A DNA stretch of 57,388 nucleotides, counting the filler, from Sphacelaria rigidula (taxonomy: Eukaryota): NCBI GenBank assembly GCA_964200075.2. It is 5 parts of 5 records of this genome, joined end to end, with 100 filler letters (N's around TTAATTAATTAA, not from the genome) between each part and the next. Parts side by side here need not be neighbours in the genome. Positions count along the whole stretch, not along the records: positions 22,998 to 34,395 come from CAXNAA020004967.1; positions 34,496 to 45,892 come from CAXNAA020004968.1; 3 more parts are not named here. One strand, given 5' to 3'. Every line of letters starts with the position of its first letter. Position 1 is the stretch's first letter. The notes below the pieces were generated by a model. The model saw only the letters and a program-made list of their open reading frames with translations. It did no database searches and had not been told where the DNA came from. The position numbers were made by a program, and so were the translations under genes. Shown here one piece after another: positions 24,336 to 36,826 of the stretch.

Positions 24336-25246
24336 ATCCGCCCCATCAAAGTACGCGCAGTATCAACCGCGCGATGACATGTTTAATTATTTCGTGTATT
24401 GTTTTAGGTTGGTCGACACGGGGCTACGGGCTTTTCATCGGGTATATGGATTCATAACCGAGGTATATTGCCTTCTGTCGATAACACCTCAGCTGCAACT
24501 AAAGCTTGTGTATACAGTACGTGGGAATTGAACAGCAGAAGCTGCTTGCAAACAATTTCTTTTTTTATGACCAACTTCAGGTGTATTGGCGGGCAAGATG
24601 GGGATTTATTTCGAACAACTTCCGGTGTACAAATTCCATCTGCTGTAGTGTATATGGGATTATCTGTACAGCTTCTGCTCTTCGAAATGAATCCTTTTTG
24701 CACTATTCCAAGTTTGGAGTTAGGGTTTATTTTGAACAGCAGAGGCTGTCCAAATTCCAGATTTCCATTGGACTTGTTCCGTTAAAAACAATCCGGGGGA
24801 TTTCAATGTTGACACGGACCTTCGAGAGCCCCAAAATTGAAAATCCCCAAAATGACAAAAATACAAAGAATACACCAAGTCCATAGCGACTATCATATGT
24901 AGCTCAGGGAACAACTAATCACCCTTGTGAGGGCGATGTCGTGGCTTCAATTTCCTGCCCAATCTTGCCCAGTACTTTTTTCCCGCCATTACCTTGCCCG
25001 CAGCTGCATTTGAAGGGTAGTGCTTGTGCGTAAACACACTGCACAGCATTGCCAGCAGCGATGAACTCTTCACGGGGCGACAGAACCCTGCGATGCACAA
25101 TATTCGCCACCACTATAGAGAAACCCTGTGAAGCGTCCCGTGCTACGCTGGAAAACACTGTACAGTGAAATATCCGCCAGAAACACTGCGCAGGGTACGT
25201 AAAGCCTGTAGATCCCCTCCACAAGGTACTATCTGTCCACGTGTGC

Positions 25247-27740
25247 TGTTCGGCATTCATATGGTTGTTCCGTAGCCGCGATCTCTGCCCCAAGTTGCAC
25301 AGGTGAGCCCTGCGGCTAATGGAGTGTGACATCGACCTCCAGTGGCGGGAGGGGTCCCAACATGTGCTGCCGGATACATTGCCCCGATTGCCACACGCGA
25401 GTAAGCCACAGCCCGACATTGATGACTCCTTTCCGGACGATTTCACGTCGGGCTCGCCGACAAAATTTGTAGGCCAACAGGGACCACAACTCGCGGGACA
25501 ACGAATGTCGGAAATACAACCAGAAGGAGCGGGTACGTCAGTGAGCGCAGACACAAGTATGTACTCATCGTCGAACTCCAACACCCCACCGGATATCGCA
25601 ACCCTGAGGGTACTCCCTTTCTCAGAGTGCGCAGTCATCACCGATAACCAACCTGTGCACCGTTCGACTCGTACTCGCAGACCGTCAGTACGCCTGCAAC
25701 CCCCCGATGCTGCGTACACAACAACCCTGCCCTACACTCCTCAAGTGGTTGCCCCGAATCCGCCCGCAGAGCCAACGGCGATTGAAGTACCGCTACAGAT
25801 GCCGACACCGATCGTTCCGCCGACAACCGGTGAAAGGGTCGAAGTGGGTGAAGTGCTCCTAGCCGGGGGAGAGATGCCAGCGGGGTTAGCAAATCCGGAC
25901 CTGACGAACACAACGGCGATCGATCGTGCACTACGGATACTCACCGACGAGAGCAATCTCCGGCACCACCAACAAGGGGATTCCTTTCTCGAACAGGCGC
26001 AGTCAGATCTTGCAGGCAGCGAAACACAAGAGACAGTGAGTGAGTGACGGTCAGACTACAAAGTAGACGAGCAATGTATACTGTGCAGCTGACGATAAGG
26101 AGCTACTAGTTGTCCCGAAACCGATGGTAGCTGACCTGTTGGCACTCGTGCATGCACTCCATGGACATGTCGGAGTAGGCGCCACCCTTGCTCTGATGCG
26201 CGACCGCTTGCATTTGCGTACTATGACGCGTGATACCAGACTGTACGTGCTGTCGTGCAGCTGTAGGCGACGCAAGAAGGCAAGCAGCCGTCAAGTGGCG
26301 ATGAGACCGTGGCGCACTCTACACCCATGGGCCGAGTTGTAAATCGACTTACTAACCATTGATGTGATGTCGCACTCGCGCAACAAGTACATTCTGCTGG
26401 TACTTGACCGCGCCTCCCCGTTCCCGTTCGGGTTTCCTCTGCCATCAAAGGAAGTGGACGACATCGCACGCATCCTAGTAGAGTTATGACTAACTTTTGG
26501 TGTCCCACAAATGGTCCCCTGCGACGGGGGCGAAGAGTTCAGGGCCGATGTCGTCACGCATCTGTGCAGGTGGTTGAAGGCGAACATCGCCTTTGGGCCG
26601 TCAGTTCACCCACACGGTCATGGAGTGAACGAGCAACTAGGTGGATGGCTGTTAGCCATGCTATCGGAACTATGTATGCTATGGTCCCAGAGGTGGGATG
26701 AGTATGTCTCACCCGCCCTCTGGATCAAGCGCACATTGCCCGACACATCGCTCCCCTCTAATATGTCCTCTTTTGAGCTGCTGTTCGGTCACAAACCGCG
26801 CACATCGCTAGACTCGCTCATGACCCTCTCACAAGAAGCAGAACCGAGCTAGGGACTAGATGCCTTCGTTGAACAGCGCAAACAGAACCTCCGCGAGATA
26901 AGGATGGCGATGGACAAAAGGCACGGGGCAAAAGTAGGATCGCGGGAGAAGGGCAATGCAGCCATCTCGAGACCATCAGCAGGCGTGTCGGTCACGGAAG
27001 GGGATCTGGTAATGGTGAGGGAGAGAGAAAGCTCCACGTATCAAGATGGCAAGGGCAGGAAGCTGTAGCACGACAGGTATACGGGACCTTGGATGGTGGA
27101 AAAGGTACTGATGGTCGGACACAGTCTCGAGGTAGTGATGCAAGGACGAAAACTACGTACTCGCACAGTAGCCCCGCCTGATGTCAAACCGTACCATGTA
27201 CGGCCGCCGCACTTGAGACACTCCATTGCCGACGAGCTCGCCCAGTTTGCATGGGGATCGGACTTCAAGATATCGTCTTCGCCTAACTCCACACCCTGCC
27301 ACCTTACCCTAGTGAACCGCCGCGAGTGCAAATCAGGGAAAGGAAGTGCAGGTTGGGAGTACCAAGGAAGGACTCAGGAGGGGGCGACGTCAGAGTGGCT
27401 TCCGGAGAGCAAAGTCCTGGAAAGCTTCACACCTCTGCAACTGGATGGGTTTCATGCACTCTGGTACCTCCACCACCCAGCCAAGACACCAAGTACGCCG
27501 TCTCGCCCGAGTATCCGCCATGCCCCCTTGTCACGCAGTGATGCCCTGAACTTGTTCCCCATAGGTTTCACGCCCTGAAAGAACTTCGGTGGGGTCAAGC
27601 AGAAGGGACAAGTGTTCAACTACGGCAAGCGTTTCTGGAGAGTCCGATACGACGACGGGGACTGGGAGGAGTTGTCACGGAGAGAACTCCAACAGCTAGC
27701 GCAGTCGAGTGAGACGGCAACACCGCCAGTCACGAGCTAG
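25247..27740 (+). mobile_element. Ty3/Gypsy pol remnant: RNase H C-terminus, integrase, chromo-like and Tudor-like modules
   Basis: CSAFIWLFRSRDL..KLHR*ALRLMECDIDLQWREG (RNase H end); HALHGHVG...SCSC (HHCC); ID...DRAS...CDGGEEF...VNE (DDE core); YTGPW (GPY/F); WEYQG...SEWLPE; FWRVRYDDGDWEEL. Multiple stops and a frameshift. Confidence 0.9.
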
Positions 27741-28700
27741 GAAGCGGCCTAATGGAAAAAAGAAAAAAAAGAGAATGTCACTAGATGGGATACGTAGAGT
27801 ATCAACCCTCTAACATGGTACCTTGAGAGTGTGCAGTCTACATTCTTTTGTTTCCGGTTTTCTTTCTTTTCATTGATATATATATATATATAGTTTTGGG
27901 AAGGAGGTACAAGTTGTTTCCTGAGTCTCTTTTTTTTCTTCCTTTCTTCGCTCCCTTCCCCCTTGTTTTATACAAGTATAGATATATACTTCTGACGGAT
28001 GGATCATGTTAGATTAGCCGTTTCTTTGTTTCCCCCGGGCTCCTCTGTTTCTTCACAGCTTGGTTTTCTCGTCCTGAATGGATACGGAGTTGCGCTGCCC
28101 TTTTCCTCGCTGTGTACTATTGCTTTCTCTGTCTCTTTCTCTCTCTCTCTTTTTTTTCTTTCCTCTGTGATCAGTCCTAGTTCCGATTCATGTTTTTTTT
28201 GTTTTTTGTCTCCGTGAATGCGGATCCGACTTTAGGGTGCCCCACTCTTTCCGAGTAGAAAACATTCATGTCGTAGAATTAGCATCGCACAAGGAGGGTG
28301 GGCACCGAGTACCTGCCTGGACACTGTGTCATGACAGAACTCTTGATCTGGGATGTAAGAATCCCCGGTTTCCAGTAGGTCAACGGTTGCTGGTCGACGA
28401 AAGAAGAGCCAACGCACTCCCATCAGCCAGCGAACGTACTCGGGTCTTTTGAGTGGGTCAGCTTTTTGCGAGTCCCACACTACACACGTGGACAACAGCA
28501 CCCTGTAGGACGTGCTGCACAGGGTTCTTGACAGGTTTTTGTGAGAAATCCTGCATTGCATTTGCAAACCCTAGTACCTCTACCAGCATTTTGCATAGCG
28601 TTCTTGTCAAAACCCTGCAAGCAACCCTGTGGAGAGGACTTCCCACTTTTGAAACTTCCAAATGATTTTGGTATAAAATCTCTTTTCTTTTTTTCTGAAC

Positions 28701-28930
28701 GCTTCTCCTGCTGTCCGAGATAAATCCTCTTTTTGCCCGATCAAATCGGGCGAAAAGGAATATATATCTCGGACAGCAGGAGAAGCTATTCAAAACAGGT
28801 ACTTTTTTCGCCCAATTTATTTGGGCAGAAAAAGGATTTATCTCGAACAGCAGAAGAAGCTATTAAAAAAATATCACTTTTTCGCCCAATTCAATTGGGC
28901 AGGAAAAGGATGTATTCCGAACAACGTTTT
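28701..28930. repeat. Hairpin plus ~75-bp tandem units
   Basis: GCTTCTCCTGCTGTCCGAGATA...TATCTCGGACAGCAGGAGAAGC followed by two related units. Similar motifs occur at 24530-24750. Confidence 0.7.
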
Positions 28931-29404
28931 TTGCTGCACAAATCTCATGCACACTGGCAGATTCGGAATTCGAACAGCAGAAGGAGCTCGATATAAAGTT
29001 TCACTTTGCCCTCCACTTCATCCGGAAATTGGGCAATAAGATATTTATTGCGAACAACGTCAACTGTGCAGATCCCGCACACTGCACCGTTATCAGCGTA
29101 TGGGATCCGAGACGCAGCAAACGTTTTTGAAAGGATTTCATCCTCTTGCCACCCAGTTCATGTACCACTTGAGCTAAAGGATGAACTCTCAACAGCTCTT
29201 GCTGAATAGAGATCCCACACACTGCTTACGAGTGTATGTCCACACGCCTGTGCTTCGAAGCGACGCTTCCGCTCCAGGCGTGGTAAAGATGCTGGTTTGA
29301 CGGTATATACCTCGCATATGAATGCACATAGTTTATGAACACCCCGCGGTCCAGTGTCTACCAATAACACAAGCCTAACCCCGCACCAGGGGTCCAGCCG
29401 TGGT

Positions 29405-29950
29405 CTATATAATCACAACAATAAACTGTATAATACCATGCAGGACAGTGCAATACCGCGTGCTTATACGTCAGATGCTATATACTGCAGAGTGAGCGCG
29501 GCATATGCGCTACATATGGCTATGCAATGTGAATATATGCTGCAGCTTATATTTCGACCGGCAGGGTATATATAACTACAGAGTTCACACAGGGCGCGCG
29601 CACGGAAGTAGTGTAGCACGCCGTGAGCAGGGCATTGAAAGGAAGCGGAGAAAGTACAGTACAGAGAGCGCAGGACTATATCTGCTCTCCGCCTACACTG
29701 CGACGTGAAAACGTCTTGAACAACGTGCAGCTTTGTACTGACGATGCCTGTACCCATGCATCAACTATATACGGTGAGTACGTGCATGCGATGCGCCGCG
29801 CGACCATCAAAGAAGATGCTCAAGTTTCTATGCACCAACAAGAAATACCTCATACCCAACTACGGTAGTTTGTATCTATATCCCTGTGCCCAACTCGTGC
29901 TCTTTTCTACAGACGGTATATAGGGTATAATGGGGGTATATATAGCTGAG
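29405..29950 (-). repeat. Outer part of long inverted arm (partner 23700-24335)
   Basis: Reverse-complement collinearity with 23700-24335. Confidence 0.8.
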
Positions 29951-30652
29951 GACAAAAGTGTTAATGTTACGGCGGGGGATTTGCGTGGATCTCGGGTCAT
30001 GGTCTATACTATATAATATACAAGTACTTTGAAGTTCAAAATTCCTGGGATCTGTTACGGCGGATATCGACTGTATGTGTAGTAGGCGTTTTACAGTACG
30101 CGTGGCAAGTGCAGTAGGTCTTATTCCATTCGCATGTTGGTGTTGTATTCCAATCGGGCGTCCTTGACCGGAGCCCACCGCCCACAGAACTTCCATCACC
30201 CAGCAAATCTCGTTTAGCTACCTAGCTAAGACTGATTGATAACGAAGCTATCAGCAACCACTTGGAGACATCTCGGTTGCAAATAAGTCAAGAGCACCTC
30301 TTCTGCACGTGAAAGTGAGTCCCTGCTTGGCCTTGCGATGCAGTGCTTATCGGACTCGATGGTCTGTTACTCACGGGCTCAAGTGTCATTCCTCTCGACT
30401 GCGATTGTTCAATGTGGCCAGCCGCTGACCTCGTGTCACCCCGGGCCGGGCGTGTGCTTCGAGAGTGAAGCCAGTATCACCTCGTGATCAGACCACGACA
30501 TGGTGACCAATCGAGAATGTAAGCAGTACTGCATAGTCGCATCGCTGTAGAGCTGCACTGTTTCGCGTTGTGTTTGCATACGGTGTACAGTAGTGCATCA
30601 ATCGTTCTTTCTGTCCAGCGTGGGGTCTTCTGAGCAACGATCACCTGTTTAG

Positions 30653-31430
30653 GTGCCAGAATCTTACATGCCTGTTGGTTACTCGAAGAGACCAGCAGCT
30701 GGGCAGAACGGAGCTGGGACACCTGGCTGCAGCGTATGCTTGCCACCTTCCGTGCTAACACGACAGCACAGGTACGTCCTGTGATTCATCATGTCACGTG
30801 CGCCTGCTTCCGTGCACGAGGACTGTTTTTTTCACAATTTCAAAATTCAAAATTCAAAAAGTCCAGATCGGGATCTTACATTACCGCACGTTCGATCAAT
30901 GTGTCCCATACAGTACCCACAGCGGGCACGCTGTGTACGAAGTGCTCCGTAGGCAGGAGGTAAGTGCTGTTGATCCACTCCTGGAGAGGGAAGTGTCCCG
31001 AGACTGAAACCGGCGAACATGCGTGCGCAAAGTACACATGGGCGGCGGTTGTTGGGGCTGTGCACCTGGAGGGATTGCGAGACGGTAACCCACGTTCATC
31101 ATTCAGGTGTGTACTGTAACAGAAAACAGCTCCTGTTAGATCTGGTGCCCAGGTACCTACCATGTTGGCCAGGTACGTGTTAGCATGGTGTTTGCACCAT
31201 ATTAGCCAGGTACGTGATCGCATGGTGTTTGCACTGTACTGTGTGCTGTGGCAGCGTGTTTGCACTGTGCAACTTCGTACCTAACAGGACTGCTCGAGCA
31301 GTTGTGCGATCATTCTATGTGAGCCCGAATGAATTTCTGACCAACATACGGGGCTTCTATGCTGGAGTCATCCTGGCGGCGAAACATGTTCAACGCCCGG
31401 CAAATGACGAATGGCCCCCTAGTATGATTG
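30653..31430 (+). pseudogene. Decayed short-intron gene, possibly a Cys-rich transposase fragment
   Basis: Three exon-like blocks with AG/GT ends: ARILHACWLL...NTTAQ; LCTKCSVGRR*...KCPE..EHAC; TARAVVRSFYVSPNEF. Family not established. Confidence 0.3.
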
Positions 31431-31546
31431 ATTGATGTGCGGCATTGTGAAAAGTTATTGCGCGGGTCAAGCCGTATGGATTCGCTTCCGCTCCACGCAA
31501 CAACGTGTCGCCACTGCACTGTCATCGTGTCGCCACTACATTGGAT

Positions 31547-31686
31547 CGTCACAGCACTACATGGGACCATCATTAAACTACATGGGACCATCACTACACT
31601 ACCTGGGACCATCACTTCTCTACATGGGACCATCACTACACTACCTGGGACCATCACTATACTTCCGAGGACCGTCACTACATGGG
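31547..31686 (+). repeat. 21-bp minisatellite x~6.5 (CATCACTACACTACATGGGAC)
   Basis: Read directly from the sequence. Confidence 0.9.
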
Positions 31687-32499
31687 TTTCTTCACGCCGG
31701 GAAATCGGGGGCAACCAGTGCCGTTGATCGGCAGCAGTAGACACGCCGATTGTGAACGTTGTTGTATGCGTGGCTCACGCCTTGACCATTTTGTTTTGTT
31801 CACCCTGCTTCTGCTGTAGCGTTGCGTTTGACTCTTCCCTTAACAATTGACCCATATTTTATTCTTTTTTGTTTCATTTTATTCTATTCTATTTTTATCT
31901 ATTTTTACGTCTTTATTTATTTTTGGAGTTTCGGAATTGCATACGAACATCGGCAGAGCGCGCACTAATACTACACCCCCCATCCGCCCCTGCCGCTTTT
32001 GCTGTTCGATTTTGCCCGCTCCTGTCGCCCTGAACGTGCCTGCGTAATGCCGCGAGTCATCCCACGGTCGTTGGTATCGCATCATACCACGTTTATATCC
32101 TCTCCCGCTGGTATTTTTTGCTGTTAAATTTTTTCTCTGTCGCTATCAACTGTGTTATACTAGTGAACCCTTTCCCTCATCGTCTACATTTAGCAGTCAC
32201 GGCCCACGGTGCACTATTATTGTCACTTTCTCCTTTTACCGATTCAATCATTTTTTTTCTTCCCCTTTTTGCCCCCCTATCTGCCGTATGTTACCCCTTG
32301 GTTTCCCGCCGTGTGTCTCCCCTCTTTCTACAATATCAGTTATATTCTCTACTACCCGTAGCAATTTTACTCTACAGCCATCTTCGCCATGTGTTTTTGC
32401 TACCTTCATGTTGCAAGCGTACAGCCCCGCCCATCCATGTTTTGTTTTTTCTGCAATTGTTTTGCTAGAGCCATTGCCTGACGCACGAAAGTACACCCC

Positions 32500-33225
32500 A
32501 GGTACATTTGTCTTGAGAACCTGCGATGGCAAACTCCAGGGACGACTACTAAGCGCAACGAAAGCCAACTCGGGATAACGGGGGAGATAGGGCATCGTCA
32601 GCGCCTCCATCAATCGTAGCCAATGGCAGTTTGCTAGACATCTGAGAAGAAGGTGTAAGCATATATCGGGAAGGTTGTAGCGTAAGGTTAACAGGTGGGT
32701 GAATCGGAGAAACGGGAGCTGATGGGTGTCCTGCTGGGCTCTGGACACTGGGCTGTTCTCCACGGGCCCAAAGCAGGTTCTGGTCATCAACAACGGTGAA
32801 CTACAAGTACCCCCTTGAGTGCCGTACTCCATTCGCAGCAAATCAACGCCACCTTTTTTGTCGAGTAGAGTCACGTAGCTCCCCAAGTGGTTGACCCGAG
32901 ACCGCCCGAACAGCACCGATCAAGGTTCCGTAACAGGTGTGAGTACTGGTCATTCCGCACAGTTGGCGAAGGAACGAAGATAGGCGAAGTGCTCTCCGCA
33001 GGGGGGGACACGCCTACTTCATCCCACAGACCTCGAACTGGACACAGTGGCGAATGATCGTGCTCTGTAGACCCTGACCAACGCACCCAGTCTGATCGCC
33101 AGCAAGAAGACCCTTTGGGAGAACAGGTGCAATCGAATCTGAGGGGGGGCGTACTCACTTGTTGCTTGCCTTGGTCGTTTGACCATTGACCATGCATCCC
33201 TTTCGAGATAGATCACCGCTACTAC
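32500..33225 (+). mobile_element. Decayed LINE 3' portion ending in a conserved terminal motif
   Basis: Remnant LGSGH and FFVE*SH (CCHC-like) motifs, then the G-run/GTC-N4-GAC terminal motif and a short TAC tail. Confidence 0.45.
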
Positions 33226-34140
33226 TCGTAATGGAGACACCTCCAACATTCCGGCGCGCATTACGCGTCTTCCATAGCTCATTACGTTTATCCCATACTC
33301 TGCGCAAAAACATTCTACGTAGCTAATACATCAGACGATTCCATGCCTCCTTCGTTCACGTCCCGCATTTCTCCCTCTAGCACGTGTTGCTCCTTCTTGT
33401 ACAGTTCACATTGCGCCACTTTATGACTTCTGCTATCGATTGCTTTGCCACAGAGGTAATTTGTCTATCAACTTCCTCTTTCCGATTACTGGTATACCTT
33501 TTTCGTTTTTTCTGTTCCCCCTTTTCTCAGAGCGTGTTTCAGTTTCGTTTTTCGTGGGTACGTCTATCATGAGACCACGGCTGGACCCCTGGGGGGTCAG
33601 TTGAAGTGCGACAATCAACCAGTCAATCAATCAATTTTTCCGGCAGGTCCGTGCATCCAAATATCTACTTGGCTGCTGCTCTCTGTACTGTTTTCTAGCT
33701 TGCGTCACCAATTTCACGTCCCACTTCCATACTTCTGCATATTCCAGCTGTGGTACGATCAAGTTCGTCAGGATACATATCTCAATCCTGGTGTCTGGGT
33801 GCGGGTCTCTGAGGATCACGTCCATCCTCCCTATCTGTGCTTTACCTATTATACTACCTTGTTAATTTGTGCATCCCGAGAAGAGTGTTTTGAGATCTTT
33901 AAGCCAAGGTATGTATATTGGTCTGGAATCGACATTCCCCTCCTCCCCACTTCCACCTAAACTCCAGTGCATTTTCTCATCCTCGTTACAGACGAGCATC
34001 GCGCATATTTTCACATTCGTTATCACTCTTATTCGCCGTTCGCTGTCACTCTCCAGTGCCTACAGTAGTGTATTCTTGCGTCTTGTCTATCTGTTTTTGC
34101 AATCCTTCCACTGTTTCTGAAATCCCCACAAAACCGTTGG
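33225..34140 (-). mobile_element. LINE ORF2 remnant (RT C-terminal part and downstream domain), internally deleted
   Basis: GFVGISETVEGLQKQID (just after the lost YADD), YTYLG, MDVILRDPHPDTRI..ILTNLIVPQLEY, then CGKAIDSRSHKVAQCELYK. Confidence 0.8.
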
Positions 34141-34395
34141 ACCTGGGGGAAAAACAGCGGCCGAAACGGTAGGTGAGAGGCGATTTGAGTACGAATTAAA
34201 AGCGATACCTGGGAGTCGATGCGGAGGAGCTGCCGGCGGTTCCAAAATAATGATGAGCACTCGAAAATTTAGCAGTAGGCGCCTCCATTTCCACGATACG
34301 TGACCGCTCCCTTTCGTGAACAAGCACGAAAGATCTTAGGCAAGATGTGCTGTCATGCCGTTGCAGGAGGCCCAAGAGGTCAAGCAGTCGTCAAA

Positions 34396-34495
34396 NNNNN
34401 NNNNNNNNNNNNNNNNNNNNNNNNNNNNNNNNNNNNNNNTTAATTAATTAANNNNNNNNNNNNNNNNNNNNNNNNNNNNNNNNNNNNNNNNNNNN
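34396..34495. other. Artificial scaffold linker
   Basis: N44-TTAATTAATTAA-N44. Confidence 0.98.
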
Positions 34496-34659
34496 CGTTG
34501 TGTTTTCGAAAAATATCCACGAGTGCACTCGTCTCGACGAGTGATGACTCGTCCGACGTATGTAGAGTTCACCACTTGGTAGGTGTTGTATCTAAGTGTG
34601 GTGTATATCCGGATCTTTAATGGGGGTGCTGCGCTTCTGGCGTGACCTAGCGTGCGCAC

Positions 34660-34785
34660 AACACGTTTTTGTCTGAATCGGCGCCTGGGGCGCCGATTTG
34701 AGGTCTGGCAACGCACACTTTGCACCTCCCTCGTCCGAGGGTTCTCGGTATGCCTGTGTTGGAATTAGGGTTAGGGTTAGAGTCA
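34660..34785 (-). repeat. Telomere-motif-bearing dispersed repeat (also 37200-37345 +, partial ~47385-47425 -)
   Basis: TTAGGG repeats at 34765-34780 and CCCTAA repeats at 37203-37222, each next to the same GTGCGTTG(C/G)CAGACCT..AAATCG...CAGGCGCCGATT..GACAAAAAC core. Confidence 0.7.
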
Positions 34786-35315
34786 GTGATGTCCGAAATA
34801 ATACATTTCCGAGAAACTTCCGATACCTACCAAGTTGTAAACTAATAACCTGAAAAAAATGACATTTTACCCTTTATTGTTCAAGAGTGGACCGTTCAAT
34901 GCTCAAGTGCGTACCCTTCTTTACCCTCTGTGAAATGGTGACCGTACCGCCGGTTCCGCACAAGATACTCTGAACAGTCACAACCACACCCATTTTTTGT
35001 GAATTACACCCCACCAAAAAGGCCGAAACCCAACGACCGAGAAAATGTAGCCACGTGCTGGTTGGCCCGCAGACCCGGAAGATCCGACGATGCAGACAGG
35101 GCGCATACGCTCGTGAGCCGGAACTCACAACGATCCAAAACGAAATGCGGGGTGTAATGATTCACCAAAAAAAATGGGTGTTCACCCAGCGTGCAGCGCC
35201 GTGCCCAAAAAAAAGAAATGCGTTACCCCCAATAGGTTCGAGGCGCACCAGGGTGTACCCTTTTTTGTACATCCCCCAATCCCCAACATGATCAACTGGG
35301 AAATGAGAACTCTGA

Positions 35316-35487
35316 GGCCAACTCTTATGAGAGCGTTTAGAATTTTATTTTGCAATAATTTTGAACGATTTTTTTCTTCTCTGCCGTAGTCGTGTATTTT
35401 GTGCCCTTTCACCATGATAAAGAAAAAAAAAAAATTCTCTGAAATTATTGCAAAATAAAATTCTAAACGCTCCCATAAGAGTTGTCC
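35316..35487. mobile_element. Tourist-like (PIF/Harbinger) MITE, 172 bp
   Basis: ~45-bp TIRs starting GGCCAACTCTTATG, with TGA on both flanks. Second copy at 51625-52169. Confidence 0.85.
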
Positions 35488-36643
35488 TGAATGACGAAAA
35501 TATGAATCCATTTCCGTACCGTAGGATCCTGATTCTTGTCCACATCAGCCGAGCATCTCAAGCCCCACCTTCCGCTTCTCCAAATGTCGCCGCCACCTCC
35601 GATAGGATGCGAATGGTGTGATAATATACCACCAATGGAGCTTGATAGTGTAATGCGTTCTCTCGAAGCAGACAGGCCCATACGACTATCGCTGATTTTG
35701 GCCGACTGCATCAGAATGGGCCGCTGAAATATTGGGGTGCGTGAGGAGCTGCTGCCGAGGTAGCTGCAACATGATAATGCTTGCGATGAAACGACTATTG
35801 TCAACAACACCACCGCACCCCGGAATTTCAAAATCATGGCGGGTAGGTGGGACGTGGCAGCATAGGTACCTTGCGATGTCTGCAGCGAACAGCCGCACTG
35901 ACAAGGTTGGCCTGCTCCCGACAGCTCGGAAATACCATATTAGACTGTGTTGTGATGTTCAGACCCGCAAAAGAGTCATACAACACGTTGATCATACAGC
36001 ACCACGGATTCTCCAGCGGAACAAGTGGGCCACAAAGGTTATGGCGTCATGACAAAGTTTTTCTTCAGTTTTTCTTTTGTCATGACCTTTGCTGGGTCAC
36101 ATAGGCAACATTGGAGGGGGGGGAAAGCCCATCCCTGTAAAAAACTCAACGGCAGCGAGTAGCTCAGGTAAGCTCATAAGGAGCCGTGGGTGAGTTCTAT
36201 CCACAGCTCGCCACTGCAGTAGCGTATCCTGAACTAGGAGAGTGGAGTCGATGGTGTTTTTCTTCCGAGTTTTTTCATGCACGTGATGCGGAGGATCTTG
36301 AGTCTCCTATCTTCCGGTCGCGGGTCTGAGCGTTCAGACATATGAATCTAGAACAAAAAACTTGTGAAAGCTGCTCTGGCTTGACATTTTTCATCACCAG
36401 TTCGCCTGAGTAAAGGATACTAACAGAACAATACCGCTCTACTCCCCCGGAGTCTCTGCTTCATTACATAGTGTGCGTAGCGAGGACCTTTGCAGGTGAC
36501 AAAACTACAAAGTCTAGAACAAGCGAAAGGACCTCTGTGTTCAGCGTTGCAATCGGCCGGGTTGGTCCGCATCCGAAGCTCTACAGAGGTTGAGGTGTTT
36601 TGTCGGTTGCGGAGCACACTGTGATCAGCGTGCTACAGTACAG

Positions 36644-36826
36644 GACACTATCAGTGCTGGAGTCGAGGGTATGATGGCGATTAATGGTGGAAGCGGTGAC
36701 GAGGAGGGGCATTGCGCGTCGCCAACGGCAATGATGGCGAACACAAGCGTGTCGCGTTTCCTCAAACATCCCTCAGGAAAACACACCGTGTACCAAGTTG
36801 ACGTTCGGCTGCCGCTCACTCGCCAA
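36644..36826 (+). CDS. PX-domain protein exon (PX N-terminal strands); true start uncertain (ATG at 36671 possible)
   Basis: ...KHTVYQVDVRLPLTRQ then a GTAAGT donor; joins in frame to VWVLFKRYRQF. Confidence 0.75.

Noticed and set aside
28269-28486. 3' LTR of the Gypsy element
   Set aside because: TGTCGTAG...CTACACA ends are suggestive, but there is no clear polypurine tract and no second LTR to compare.
31310-31744. Repeat-protein ORFs on both strands
   Set aside because: They are open only because the minisatellite unit is 21 bp; there is no splice or codon support.
34765-34780. True telomere
   Set aside because: Fewer than three full units, embedded in a dispersed repeat and not at a scaffold end.
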